DNA of 64,000 nt from Lingula anatina (taxonomy: Eukaryota > Animalia > Brachiopoda), in NCBI GenBank assembly GCA_051362555.1, contig CM120642.1, positions 21,204,001 to 21,268,000 of the forward strand. The letters run 5' to 3'. This document shows positions 39,215 to 50,431 of the stretch, in pieces (the first letter of the stretch is position 1; every line of letters starts with the position of its first letter). Made by a program: the position numbers and the translations under genes. The notes under the pieces were generated by a model that searched no databases, was not told the DNA's origin, and was given only the letters and a program-made list of their open reading frames with translations.

Positions 39215-39798
39215 TGTGACGGGTGACACTTCAATACAAAAGAGAAGACTGTATTTGTACTCATACGGTTAGTTTATTGTCTCTTTACACAAACTTGTGT
39301 GACGATACTCATGTGTGTATGGTTCAAATCTGTAAACAAAATAAAAGAAAAAAATGCTTAAATAACTGACAAAAAACCTAGAGCACATTATATATAGAAA
39401 TAAAGAAACAAACAGATAAATAAATATTAATAAAGTGAATACATTAAATAATAAAGAAAAATGACTTCTTTTGAATTATCCACGAGTCCACACCCAAATT
39501 TTACTGAGACTTTTAAATACCACAATGTATTTACCTAAAACTAATTTTCACTCAATATGAATTTGATAGTAACAATGACAGTTGTTAAAAGCAAAGTACA
39601 TGAAACTTACAATTTTTTTGTCCTCTTTTTGTATGACAAATTTCTATCTTCTTGGATGTCTGCATAAACTCAACTGCTTGCACCTAAGCTGTCTGTCTAA
39701 TCAACTACTCATGCTAAGTGGTAAGTGGCAGTGCCTATTATTAATAGGGGTGTGTGGACTATACTATATGGTAGGGGTGACAGGTTATGTCCTTTACA
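39215..39798 (-). repeat. 3' LTR (584 bp)
   Basis: Matches 45829-46413 except for one A in a poly-A run, as read by eye. Confidence 0.97.
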
Positions 39799-40227
39799 CC
39801 GGCCCCTTAAATGTGAGATTATAAATTGAACATTTACCTAATATACTTCTAAAGGACAGAACTTAATTCTATGTATGAAGTACATTTTATAATATAAACA
39901 TATCAGTTATATGGTACATCTAAAGTTAACCATACTCCTTAAATGTCAATCTTAAATACAGTCCACTGTTTAATTATTGTCACTTAATCAAATGTCCTTC
40001 ATGGTAACCTCCATGAATTATTGTCCTCATTGATCTCTTTCCATTTCTTAAATGTCCTCCATGAATATCCTTTTCCATGAATGAAATCCATTGTTATAAC
40101 AGTCTCTGACTTTAACATAAAATGAATAATAACTGAAATTCAATTAACATATGTTATCATAGTCTCTGAACTGTCCATAATAAAACAAAAGTAACGAAAC
40201 AGTCTCTTAAGTCTCTTAGTCTATAAA

Positions 40228-43200
40228 TCATACAGTTCTGTATTCTGAGACCTCTTCCAATAAGCACAACTTGGTTATGGGCCTCATCAAAGTTGTGTTG
40301 ACAGTTTGTACTTCTGCAGATCTAACATGTCCATCTCTCCCTTCAAAAGTTTTAATGACTGTCGCAATTTGCCACATGTTTCTTGGAGTGTTGTTGTCTG
40401 CAATTAAAACAACATCACCAATCTGTAAATCACGTTTTACAGTCATCCACTTTTGTCTGCTTTGTAATAATGGCAAATATTCTCTCACCCAACGTTTCCA
40501 AAATAAATCAGCAAGGTACTGTATGTGACGCCATCTTTTACGACTGTACATATCTTCCTTCTGAAATCTACCAGGTGGAAGTGTTGGTCCTGAACGTAAA
40601 AGGAGCAAATGATTGGGTGATAGCGGTTCTGGATCTCTGGGATCATCTGAGACATATGTTAGTGGTCGACTGTTCACTATGCTTTCCACTGTGCACATAA
40701 GTGTAGAGAGTCCTTCGTCATCTAAGGTCTGCTCTCTCATGACTCCACTTAATACCTTACGAATTGTCCTGATCTGTCTTTCCCATGATCCACCCATATG
40801 TGAGGCTGCTGGTGGGTTAAAGTTCCACTTAATCTCTCTCTGTCTGAAAAATTCACCTAGTTTTGTTTGGTTCCATCCCTGTACTGCTTCTTTCAGCTCC
40901 CTATCTGCACCTGTGAAGTTTGTGCCATTGTCTGAACTGATCTCCTTGGGCATGCCCCGTCGACTGATGAACCTCTGTAATGCATTAATGAATGAACTGG
41001 TATCCAGTGAATGTGCTATCTCAATGTGAATAGCCCTGATGGTTAAACAAGTGAAAATGCACCCATATCGCTTCACAAGTTTTCTGCCTTGTTTAACGTG
41101 GAATGGTCCAAAGTAGTCGACTCCTGTGTATGTGAATGGCGGGTTTCCAGGTGTGACTCTGCTGGCAGGCAAATTGGCCATCTTCTGTGTGCTACAGGGA
41201 GATTGTCTTTTTCTACATGTGAAGCAATCATTAATTACTCTGCGAATAGCTGTTCTTGCTCCTAATATCCAAAATTGTTCCCTTGTCATTGATAAAACAT
41301 ATTCTCTACCTGAGTGACCTGAATCAATGTGGAACTGTCGGATCAGCAAATCAGCTATGTGATGTCTTGGTAATATCATTTGATGTCTGGCGTCATGTGG
41401 TATTGGAGCTTGAGTCAATCTTCCTCCTACTACAAGTACACCGTCTTCTGACAGCTGAGGGTCGAGACGATGCAGATTTTTATGTCTCAATTTGGCATTG
41501 GTAGGGTCTGATTTCTTGAGTGCTGCTATTTCTTCGCTGAATGCTTGTCTCTGTACATATTTGATGATTTCAATACTGGCTCTTTGTAACTCATCAACAG
41601 TAAGTGATCCACTGTCACAACTTGCATTGACCTGTACTTTAGCTTTTAGCCAGTTTTTGAAACGTAACCACCAAGCTACATCTCTTTTTAGTCTATACCA
41701 CGAAGACTGCCTATGAAATATCTTGTCAACAGCCGTGTCTTCTGATCTCTGAGCCTGAGTCACATGTGAGGTGACTTTCACTTCCAGAGCCATGTCGTTG
41801 TCTGCATGTAATGTGTCACCTGGTAAACTTGGCCACTGCTCTTCATTTTTCCGTAGGAAACTTGGTCCTTCTTTCCATCTCTTGTTATGGAGAAGTTGGT
41901 CTGCTGTTTGTCCCCTTGAAATGTCATCCGCTGGGTTGCTTTTGGAATCCACATAGTGCCACTGGTTCGGCTGTGAGCCTTCTCTGATTACTGCCACTCG
42001 ATTGGCCACGAAGGTCTTGTACCGATTGTCTTCATTGGTTATGTATCTCAGTACTGTTGCACTATCTGTCCAAAAAACAGACTCTGAAACTCTGAAGTCA
42101 ATGTGCTTGAGTATCACGTGGTTTAATTTCACTGATAATGTCGCTGCCATTAACTCTAGTCTTGGTATTGTCACTTTCTTGATTGGTGCTAGTCTTGATT
42201 TGGCCATCAATAAACAACAATGTACTCTATCTTTGCAGACGGTGCGAAGATATGCTACTGTTCCATATGCTGTTTCTGATGCATCAGAAAAGAAATGTAA
42301 AGAATGATCAACTATGTCTGTGTCAACTGAGAATTTCACACATCTATTGATCTTCATTTCTTCGAGCCTTTTTAGGTTACTGTGCCATTCCAACCACTTC
42401 TCTCTCTCCTGGTCTGGTATTGGTTCATCCCACTGTAATTTCTGTCTGGTTAACTCTTGTAGGATCTTCTTTGCCTGCAAGATACATGGACTGGCAAAAC
42501 CTAAGGGATCAAATATGCTGCTGACCATACTCAAAATACCTCTTCTGGTCAAAGGTTTCTCTTTAAGAGCAATCTTGTAACAAAAAACATCCTCTTCAAC
42601 ATTCCAATAAACACCTAGAGCTCTCTCTGTAGGTAACGCTTGTTGACTGAGGTTGACTTCAACACCTTTGGCTCTCTCTTGGACTGGGATAGATTCCAAG
42701 ACTTCATGTTTGTTGCTCATCCACTTAGTTAGTTTAAACCCTCCAGATTCTAGCAACTCGCATAACTGGGGAATAAACTTCACTGCAGTTTCCACGTCTG
42801 GTAGTGTTTTTAGGCAATCGTCTACGTAGAAATTCTTCTTGACCGTTTCCACAACTGATTCATCACAACCAGTCTGGTTCACTTCAGCTGTATGTCTGAG
42901 GACGAAACTACAAATGCTCGGACACCATGTACCACCAAATAAATGTACTGTCATTCTGTGGTCTACAGCTGGTTGAGACAAGTCTCCATTTGGCCACCAT
43001 AAAAAACTCAACACACTTCTCTCACTGGGGGGAACTTTTACTTGATGGAACATGGACTGTATGTCTGCCATTATTGCCACTGGCTCTTCTCTGAATCTAA
43101 GTAAGACTCCTAGTAGACTGTTAGTTAGATCCGGCCCCTGGTATACTTGTTCATTCAAGGAAGTCCCTTTGTATTTTGCTGAGCAGTCAAATACAACTCT

Positions 43201-45729
43201 TGTTTTCTCTGGTTTTCTGGGATTTATCACTGAATGGTGAGGTAAATACCAAGTAGGCATGTCATTTTGTTCAGTTGAGAAAGGTGTTTTCTCTGCATAT
43301 CCACATTCTAACAGATCTTTCATGTAGCGGCAATAGTTTTGCTTCAAAACTGGGTCTTTTGTCAACTTTTTCTGCAGATTTCCTAGTCGCTGCTGGGCTA
43401 TCTGAAGATTATTGGACAATGTTGGTGGTCTTTTTCTGAATGGAATAGAAACTTCATAATGACGATCTTCATTCTGCTGCAAGGTTTCTTCCCACATACT
43501 TAGTGTCTTCTTATCGTTGTATGACATGGCCTTCTCATCAGTAAGATCATCTATGTCTTCAACTTTCCAAAATTTTGCGACCTGATCTTCTAATGTTAGA
43601 AAGTTTGATGTCACTTTAGGCTCTTTTGTCCTGGCTTGGCAGTTGTCCATTGGCATTGGTCCACTTATCGCCCATCCCAGTATAGTTTTTACTGCATACG
43701 GCTCATTCAAACAACCATGTCGTACTTCATGTGGCAATAGAACTGTAGGATTGTCTTGACCAATTAGCATAGTAACATCCTTAACATCTACAGGCGGTAA
43801 TTGTAGATCCTTTAGGTGTGACCACTGCCTTATGTCTGTGGGTGTTGCCATGTGTTCTATGTTGATTGGCAGCTGTGTTCTGGTGAATACACGTGGTAGT
43901 AACACTTTATCACTTCCTCCAACTTGTTTGACTTCCAAGCTCACCACAGAAGTCTCCGCTTTACTGTTGGCCCTTTCAAGTGTGGTTAATGACATAGTGG
44001 TGCTGGTGGTGCTTCTAATCTGTAGCCTTCTACATAGTTCGACGGAGCAAAATGAATGAGTAGATCCACTATCAAGAAGAGCATATGTTGTTACCTCAAT
44101 TGGCGAGTCGACTCCTCTGACTGTCACAGGAACTATGGGTAAAACAACTCTGCTATGGCTCATCATGTTGCTTGGATGGGATTCTTGACCTATGTAACCA
44201 CTGCTACCTTGGGTTGTGTTAGAGGTGCTCTGTGGTGTGTTAGTTGCGACTCCTCTTTGGAAACCTGGCACTGGCATGTGGAGAAATTTTGTGTGTCTTT
44301 TTCCGCAGTTTGGAACTGAACAGACTCTTTTTAAACCGCATTTCTGTGCAACATGACCAGGGTTAAGACAATTGTAACACAGCCTGTTTGAACGTACGAA
44401 TTTGAAGCGATCCTCAACCTTCATGCCTTTGAATATATCACAACCAAAAAGAGAATGACGGCCACTGCACTGGGGACAAATCATATCAGCCTCTGGCCTA
44501 GATGTGGTCTGCTGCGGCTGGAAACTGGATGTTGTAGCACTGTAACTGGAGCTCCTGTCTTGACCTCTATTTGGTCTGCTTTTCTGAACTGTTTTCTGTT
44601 GATCAAAGGGGTTACCATAAACTGGGTCATTTGCTTCATCAGCTGCATCCTGGACAAACTGTGAGAGGTCCTCTATAGTGGGTTGTCTGTCCTGTCTGCG
44701 TATCCCTAAGACCTGCTTCCTCCATCTGGACTGAAGATAAGCTGGTAACTTTGCTACTATTCTAACAAGTGCTGACTGGGTGTTGATTTCTTGGAGATGA
44801 TCACTTGCCTTCAAAGTTTCTAGACATACTTGTAAATCATCAGAAAAGTCTCTTAATGCCATCTTATCATTGGGTTTTATGTACGGCCCTTCGGATACTT
44901 TCTTTATCCAAGCTTCAGATATAAGAAAAGAGTTTCCAAACCTCTGCTTAAGCAAGTCTCTTGCTCTCTTATACCCCAGGGCTGGCTCCATAGCTAAGCA
45001 ACATTCAATAACTTTCTTTGCTTTTCCAGAACAATACTGAACTAACCTCAAAAGTTTTGAAGCAGAGTCAATAGTTTCTTTTTCTACCACACTATCAAAT
45101 GTACGTATGAAAGACCAATATTTCAGTGGGTTGCCATCAAAACTGCTCATCTCTGTTTTAGGTAAGAGTGCAATGTCCATTAATCTCTGCTGTATCTGAA
45201 TGGCACTAGGTACACACTCCTCTGGCTTAACACTTTCAACCCATGCACTTACTTCTTTCTGGGAACTTGGTTGAACAGCATCATGTTCAGCAAGGTTTTC
45301 ACTGGTGAGGTCATCACTAATACTCTGGTTACTGTGGCGTGCAGAGAGTAAACTGTCTGGTGCCTTTTGTTCTAATGCTTCCTCTTCTGCTGCTGTGATA
45401 GAAATGTCTGCCTCTAAACGTAAACTTGCCTTCCTCTGTCTCATCTGCAAATCTTCCAATTCCCGTTTTAACTTGATTTCCATCTCCTCCTTTTCTAGCT
45501 GCTGCTGTGCCTTCATTGCTGCTGCCTCTACTTCTAATAGTTTTCTTCTTGCTGCTAACCTGGCCCTCTCACTGCTGACTGATACTTTGGTTTTCCTGCT
45601 GCTAACATGACTACGGGCTATGGCTTTCTCCAGTTCATTTATTTGCTCTGCAGCACTGCTGTCTCTCACAGGGTGTTTGGACTCACTTTCAGGTTTTGGG
45701 GTTGACTCCTTTGTCTTCTTTGTCGACAT
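40228..45729 (-). CDS. BEL/Pao Gag-Pol polyprotein (1833 aa)
   Basis: Gag (FDGNPLKYW) with three Cys/His knuckles; protease LLDSGS; RT (WYLPHH, FYVDD); RNase H/Pao domain (FSDAS, IPRLEL); integrase (H..GH..CxxC, DYFGP, SDNGTNF, GGSWE); C-terminal RPITKLCLL. Confidence 0.97.
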   Translation of the reverse strand: MSTKKTKESTPKPESESKHPVRDSSAAEQINELEKAIARSHVSSRKTKVSVSSERARLAARRKLLEVEAAAMKAQQQLEKEEMEIKLKRELEDLQMRQRKASLRLEADISITAAEEEALEQKAPDSLLSARHSNQSISDDLTSENLAEHDAVQPSSQKEVSAWVESVKPEECVPSAIQIQQRLMDIALLPKTEMSSFDGNPLKYWSFIRTFDSVVEKETIDSASKLLRLVQYCSGKAKKVIECCLAMEPALGYKRARDLLKQRFGNSFLISEAWIKKVSEGPYIKPNDKMALRDFSDDLQVCLETLKASDHLQEINTQSALVRIVAKLPAYLQSRWRKQVLGIRRQDRQPTIEDLSQFVQDAADEANDPVYGNPFDQQKTVQKSRPNRGQDRSSSYSATTSSFQPQQTTSRPEADMICPQCSGRHSLFGCDIFKGMKVEDRFKFVRSNRLCYNCLNPGHVAQKCGLKRVCSVPNCGKRHTKFLHMPVPGFQRGVATNTPQSTSNTTQGSSGYIGQESHPSNMMSHSRVVLPIVPVTVRGVDSPIEVTTYALLDSGSTHSFCSVELCRRLQIRSTTSTTMSLTTLERANSKAETSVVSLEVKQVGGSDKVLLPRVFTRTQLPINIEHMATPTDIRQWSHLKDLQLPPVDVKDVTMLIGQDNPTVLLPHEVRHGCLNEPYAVKTILGWAISGPMPMDNCQARTKEPKVTSNFLTLEDQVAKFWKVEDIDDLTDEKAMSYNDKKTLSMWEETLQQNEDRHYEVSIPFRKRPPTLSNNLQIAQQRLGNLQKKLTKDPVLKQNYCRYMKDLLECGYAEKTPFSTEQNDMPTWYLPHHSVINPRKPEKTRVVFDCSAKYKGTSLNEQVYQGPDLTNSLLGVLLRFREEPVAIMADIQSMFHQVKVPPSERSVLSFLWWPNGDLSQPAVDHRMTVHLFGGTWCPSICSFVLRHTAEVNQTGCDESVVETVKKNFYVDDCLKTLPDVETAVKFIPQLCELLESGGFKLTKWMSNKHEVLESIPVQERAKGVEVNLSQQALPTERALGVYWNVEEDVFCYKIALKEKPLTRRGILSMVSSIFDPLGFASPCILQAKKILQELTRQKLQWDEPIPDQEREKWLEWHSNLKRLEEMKINRCVKFSVDTDIVDHSLHFFSDASETAYGTVAYLRTVCKDRVHCCLLMAKSRLAPIKKVTIPRLELMAATLSVKLNHVILKHIDFRVSESVFWTDSATVLRYITNEDNRYKTFVANRVAVIREGSQPNQWHYVDSKSNPADDISRGQTADQLLHNKRWKEGPSFLRKNEEQWPSLPGDTLHADNDMALEVKVTSHVTQAQRSEDTAVDKIFHRQSSWYRLKRDVAWWLRFKNWLKAKVQVNASCDSGSLTVDELQRASIEIIKYVQRQAFSEEIAALKKSDPTNAKLRHKNLHRLDPQLSEDGVLVVGGRLTQAPIPHDARHQMILPRHHIADLLIRQFHIDSGHSGREYVLSMTREQFWILGARTAIRRVINDCFTCRKRQSPCSTQKMANLPASRVTPGNPPFTYTGVDYFGPFHVKQGRKLVKRYGCIFTCLTIRAIHIEIAHSLDTSSFINALQRFISRRGMPKEISSDNGTNFTGADRELKEAVQGWNQTKLGEFFRQREIKWNFNPPAASHMGGSWERQIRTIRKVLSGVMREQTLDDEGLSTLMCTVESIVNSRPLTYVSDDPRDPEPLSPNHLLLLRSGPTLPPGRFQKEDMYSRKRWRHIQYLADLFWKRWVREYLPLLQSRQKWMTVKRDLQIGDVVLIADNNTPRNMWQIATVIKTFEGRDGHVRSAEVQTVNTTLMRPITKLCLLEEVSEYRTV

Positions 45730-45828
45730 ACTGGTGTGACGTAAAGGTGTGACGTAAGCTGAGTTCTTTGTTGACTTGACTTGAATACACAGTCAGGTGA
45801 CGCAGTAAAAAATTATTTGAACTTGAAA

Positions 45829-46413
45829 TGTGACGGGTGACACTTCAATACAAAAGAGAAGACTGTATTTGTACTCATACGGTTAGTTTATTGTCTCTTT
45901 ACACAAACTTGTGTGACGATACTCATGTGTGTATGGTTCAAATCTGTAAACAAAATAAAAGAAAAAAAATGCTTAAATAACTGACAAAAAACCTAGAGCA
46001 CATTATATATAGAAATAAAGAAACAAACAGATAAATAAATATTAATAAAGTGAATACATTAAATAATAAAGAAAAATGACTTCTTTTGAATTATCCACGA
46101 GTCCACACCCAAATTTTACTGAGACTTTTAAATACCACAATGTATTTACCTAAAACTAATTTTCACTCAATATGAATTTGATAGTAACAATGACAGTTGT
46201 TAAAAGCAAAGTACATGAAACTTACAATTTTTTTGTCCTCTTTTTGTATGACAAATTTCTATCTTCTTGGATGTCTGCATAAACTCAACTGCTTGCACCT
46301 AAGCTGTCTGTCTAATCAACTACTCATGCTAAGTGGTAAGTGGCAGTGCCTATTATTAATAGGGGTGTGTGGACTATACTATATGGTAGGGGTGACAGGT
46401 TATGTCCTTTACA
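45829..46413 (-). repeat. 5' LTR (585 bp)
   Basis: TG...CA termini; direct repeat of 39215-39798. Confidence 0.97.
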
Positions 46414-47037
46414 CTCCCGTCACACAAAAATCTGTACAGTGTAGCTATAATTCAAACTATATTCAACGGTTTGAAACAGTACAACTGGACTAGTTAAATC
46501 GCGCCGAAATTGGAAATGGAAGTGTAATACTTATACAGTGTACCTACTGTCTGTTATGCTCTTTTTATTTCGACCTCCAACCGCTTACTACAAATATTTA
46601 CATGTCAGTAAATAGGAATTTAAATGGGAGATTCCACAGCATTTCCCCTTTTTTGTCTGCTTCTTGTAAATATACCCCTGGTACGTCTTCAACTGACGAT
46701 ACTTTTTCTACTAACGAATTTCAAATAGTTTTCATTTCCAGAGGACGTGATAAGGTGAAGTAATGGAGGAAGCAAAATGTTGTGGGGGAAACACTGGGGA
46801 ATGGCCAAACCATTTTTATGCATGCACGCGTCACATTACGTCTTATAAAATTATTTACAAATAAGTGAAATATTAAATCCCTGACACTGATACATTGAAA
46901 CGTTAAACCGAATTGGTTGAAACATAAATATTCGTATACTTAGTTTCCAGATCGCCTCGCATCCACTCCCTCAGGCCTGATCACGTAAGGTGTAACAACT
47001 CTTCCCAGAGTAGGTTCAATTTGCTTTATGGGGTAGG

Positions 47038-48211
47038 TTTATGGCTCTGAAGTTTGGGCACCATACTTTGTCAAAAACTCAAGTAAAGACAGCTACTTCC
47101 TAATTTGTGACAAACTTTCCATTGAAACCTTACATCTCAAGGCCTGCAAAACTATCCTAGGTGTTAACCGAAAATCTCCCTCACATGCTGTCCGCGGAGA
47201 ACTGGGCAGCTTCCCAATACTGACCACTGCCTACACACTGGCCCTCAAATACTGGCACAGCCTCCAATATAAAAAGCACCATGACATCACCTCCTTAGTT
47301 ACTCATGCACTTAACGAAAATGAAAATTTAAACAGACTTAACACCTCAACCTGGTCAACCGGCATTAAAAATACACTGGCGCTCATTGGACGCCCTGACA
47401 TTTGGGAGGACCCTTTTAAAATATCCATGACCGCACTCTCTTCCATAATAAAACCGCTTATCCAAATCTCTTATAGTTCGGCCTTTAAAGCTCACCTAGC
47501 ATCCCTGAACACGGAGGGTAAAAAATTACGTACCTACAGTACCTTCAAAAAAGATTTTAAAACAGAAATATACACACAGTTAATCCACAAACCCAAATCT
47601 ACATTGCAAATTCAGGATAAGTGCCCACAATTTGGCAATTGAAAAGGGGAGACACATGAATCCTAAAATACCCATAGAGAAAAGGCTATGCACGGTGTGC
47701 AACATGGGGTCAGTTGAAGATGAGTTCCATTTTATGATGATATGCCCCTCTTATGCTCCACTAAGAGCCATATTCCTTAACCACTGGGCAGTGCAGCCCC
47801 TGAGTCCATCAGTGACCTTTTTATTACCGTACTGCAATGTAATGATTTTGATATTGCAAAATGCACAACTAATTTTCTTTATGATTGTTTTAAAGCTAGG
47901 GATATGAAAATTGCATCCATGCTGAATAAAACCTAGATTAACTGACGATGCAGTTTTCATATCCCCCTAAATAATAGTTAGTTTAATATAAGGTTTAGTG
48001 TAGCCTATTCTAGTTGAATCAGTTTTTTCCTTTTTTTTTTAATTATCCCTATATTGATCTTTATTGAGTAGTACATGTACTTTCCCTGCTTTAGTATAGA
48101 CATTATTTAATGTATATCAAACTGTATATGGTAATCACTCTGCGGATTACTTCTTGTATTTGTATTTGGTCATGCCCGGATGTAGGGCGATTGTCAATAA
48201 ACTTCTGATCT
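47038..48211 (+). mobile_element. 5'-truncated LINE (RT C-terminus, CCHC finger and 3'UTR) with TSD GGTAGG
   Basis: YGSEVWA..LHLKACKTILGV..AVRGELG.FP..KLRTY..SAHNLAIEKGRH..RLCTVCNMGSVEDEFHFMMICPSY; AATAAA near the end; GGTAGG at 47032-47037 and 48212-48217; absent at ~56860 in the paralog. Confidence 0.88.
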
Positions 48212-49756
48212 GGTAGGGGCTAAAGCTTTTCTGTCCAACTCTCACCCTTATCTGACAAGCAAAACTTGATTTAAAAGTTACTAAAATCAAAATGCATATA
48301 TATATATATATATATATATAGTGCATTTGTGTTAAATATATTTCAAAAAGAAACCAGAAGAAAACAGCCTAAATGAAATAATATTATGTAGGTCAATGGC
48401 GATTATAAAATGGTCCACTGCTTTTATCTGAACAGTACTGGGCAGTACTATAACGCCACCTGGAGGAAAATATGATCGTCTCTGTTGCAATAAGTACCTA
48501 TCACATTATGATATCAACATACTACATGTAGCTGTATATGACATCTACGTATGTCCACACATGAATCTACAGTGTATGTACAGGTGTATGTAACGTACTT
48601 TTCCCGTCACTCCGGTTTATTTGGACTTCTAAAGGAGGAAGATTTTTTCTGAGAACATGCTGTACACCAGTGACAAGGCAGAAATGCTGTCATGTGTACA
48701 GACAGATATATGACACATGGTGGAAACACTGACATGAAAACAGTCTACTAAGGCTGTACTAGAGGGGTAAATTAAGGAAGCCATTTAAAATGGAAGTGCA
48801 TAAAATGTTGTGATTTTCACAGGGGAAAAGAAATGTTTATTAAATTAAAATGACATCACCAAATGTCACCAAATTTACACACATTTAGCATTAGGGTGTG
48901 CTCGTTAAAGGCCACGTGTCTAATATGTATGAGATATTTGTATAGGAAAATGAAATTTCACTGACGCAATAAGTAATGGGCAGTGATGACATGCTATTTA
49001 AACTTAAAATTAAAGGCCATCACTTGTACTGATGGGTAGATGAAAAATTTAGTAATATGATGGACTCAAGCAAACTGTAACTGCACCTAGGACGCAGATT
49101 GGTCGGTGCTTGGCCCGGGGGGGGGGGGGTGGCAGAGTGTCAGTAGATGTGTCAGGAGAGTTTACGACTATGATAAAAAGTGTGTTACAGCATACACGCA
49201 CACACACACTCACACACACACACACTGAAGGCTGGTTTTGTTGTATTTGAAACCAAATGGAAGAGCGCGGTGGTAAATACATATACGGTGTGCTGGTTAA
49301 TTCGCGGATTATGTGGTATAGATGGGTGTTAGAGCTAAAAGATCTGCGGGTAGGGTTAGTTAACGCCTAGAATCCGTTTATAAGGCCTGGCATCTCCTGC
49401 TTTTAAACAAAGTGATTATTTTTACACGTCTTTGCTAAATCTACTTTACTCGTTTTGGCCTTTAACTCTTTTTCATTCCCCTTTTTTAGCTAATCTATCT
49501 GCCACTGTGAAGATTATTTTAAGTGAACAATCTTTGTTCATAAGAAAAATGTGCCACAGGCTGCGGTGTCTGGTTTATGACGCTGTCTCAACCATGATTG
49601 TGACGGCCTCCGCAAAAACCACCCAGTTGTGTTAGTGAAGCCAACGTTAGCCTGGACTGGGGGAATAAAGATGTTATTCGAGTAATAATTCATGGATAGT
49701 GTTGGAAACCTATTTTAGTTTAAGAGTTAATGTCGTGAATCTAACATATACTATAC

Positions 49757-49817
49757 TAGGCCTAGCCAACTACCAGACTGGGCACCGAATGATCCTGAAT
49801 TCACTGGTAGATCAGAC
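49757..49817 (+). mobile_element. Solo, truncated TIR of the CAGGCCTA MITE family
   Basis: taggcctagccaactaccagactgggcaccgaatgatcctgaattcactggtagatcagac. Confidence 0.8.
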
Positions 49818-50431
49818 GCCGCTACCCCTGGGCTGGTACCCGCGTCTGGGCTGGTAGTTAAATTTGATGCTTGGGAGGGGGGTAACATCTTCAACCTTGC
49901 AAAAGTAATATTCTAAGAGTAGGTAGTTGTAGCTGAAGTTTCTTTCGCAAAGGTGATTGAAACATTTTGGCAGTATTGTTCGTACGTTAGTTATCACAGC
50001 CTCATACGAGGCTTCCATTGGGTATTTTCCTTACCCTTGAAAGCCATTATTTACTTCCCAAGATGCGTGAAACGTTCATTTTATTTAGCGTGAAGCACCC
50101 CATTCCTGTGACTCGTACATGGCACTTTTTACTCTCCGTTATTCGTGAAAGAAAGTCATTATACCCGGTGGTTCAGTGATTTTTGACGCACATTTTCAGT
50201 GAAATATGAATAAAGTTTTATAAACTGTGGTTTGTGAATTGATGATTTTATTTCGTGTGAATTGTGATCAGCCTCCCCCCTCCTCAGTGGTACCCTCTCA
50301 TACGACAGCTGGGCTGTATCTTCTCAAGGGAGGTGAGAACATTTACACCTAGTCTGAGTCAGTATTAGTTTTTTATGTACTTTATAAAACACATCTGTTA
50401 AGTAAATCCTAGCTGTGAGAGCTCTAGTTAA

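Larger units (their letters stand above)
39215..46413 (-). mobile_element. Full-length BEL/Pao LTR retrotransposon
   Basis: TG..CA LTRs; CTCCC TSD at 39210-39214 and 46414-46418; PPT AAGGGGCCGG at 39799-39808; intact gag-pol. Confidence 0.98.
33223..48591 (+). repeat. Tandem segmental duplication, copy 1 (~6.7-kb core plus BEL, LINE and MITE insertions)
   Basis: Colinear homology with 49853-57254 from ggtagtt to tgtacaggt(g/t)tatgt, with many substitutions and indels. Confidence 0.93.

Noticed and set aside
39582-39824. Duplicated small ORF (also 46197-46493)
   Set aside because: Antisense frame within the LTRs with a TTG start; identity is explained by LTR duplication
40271-45610. Numerous plus-strand ORFs
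   Set aside because: Antisense shadows of the BEL gag-pol ORF; no env-like ORF is seen between pol and the 3' LTR
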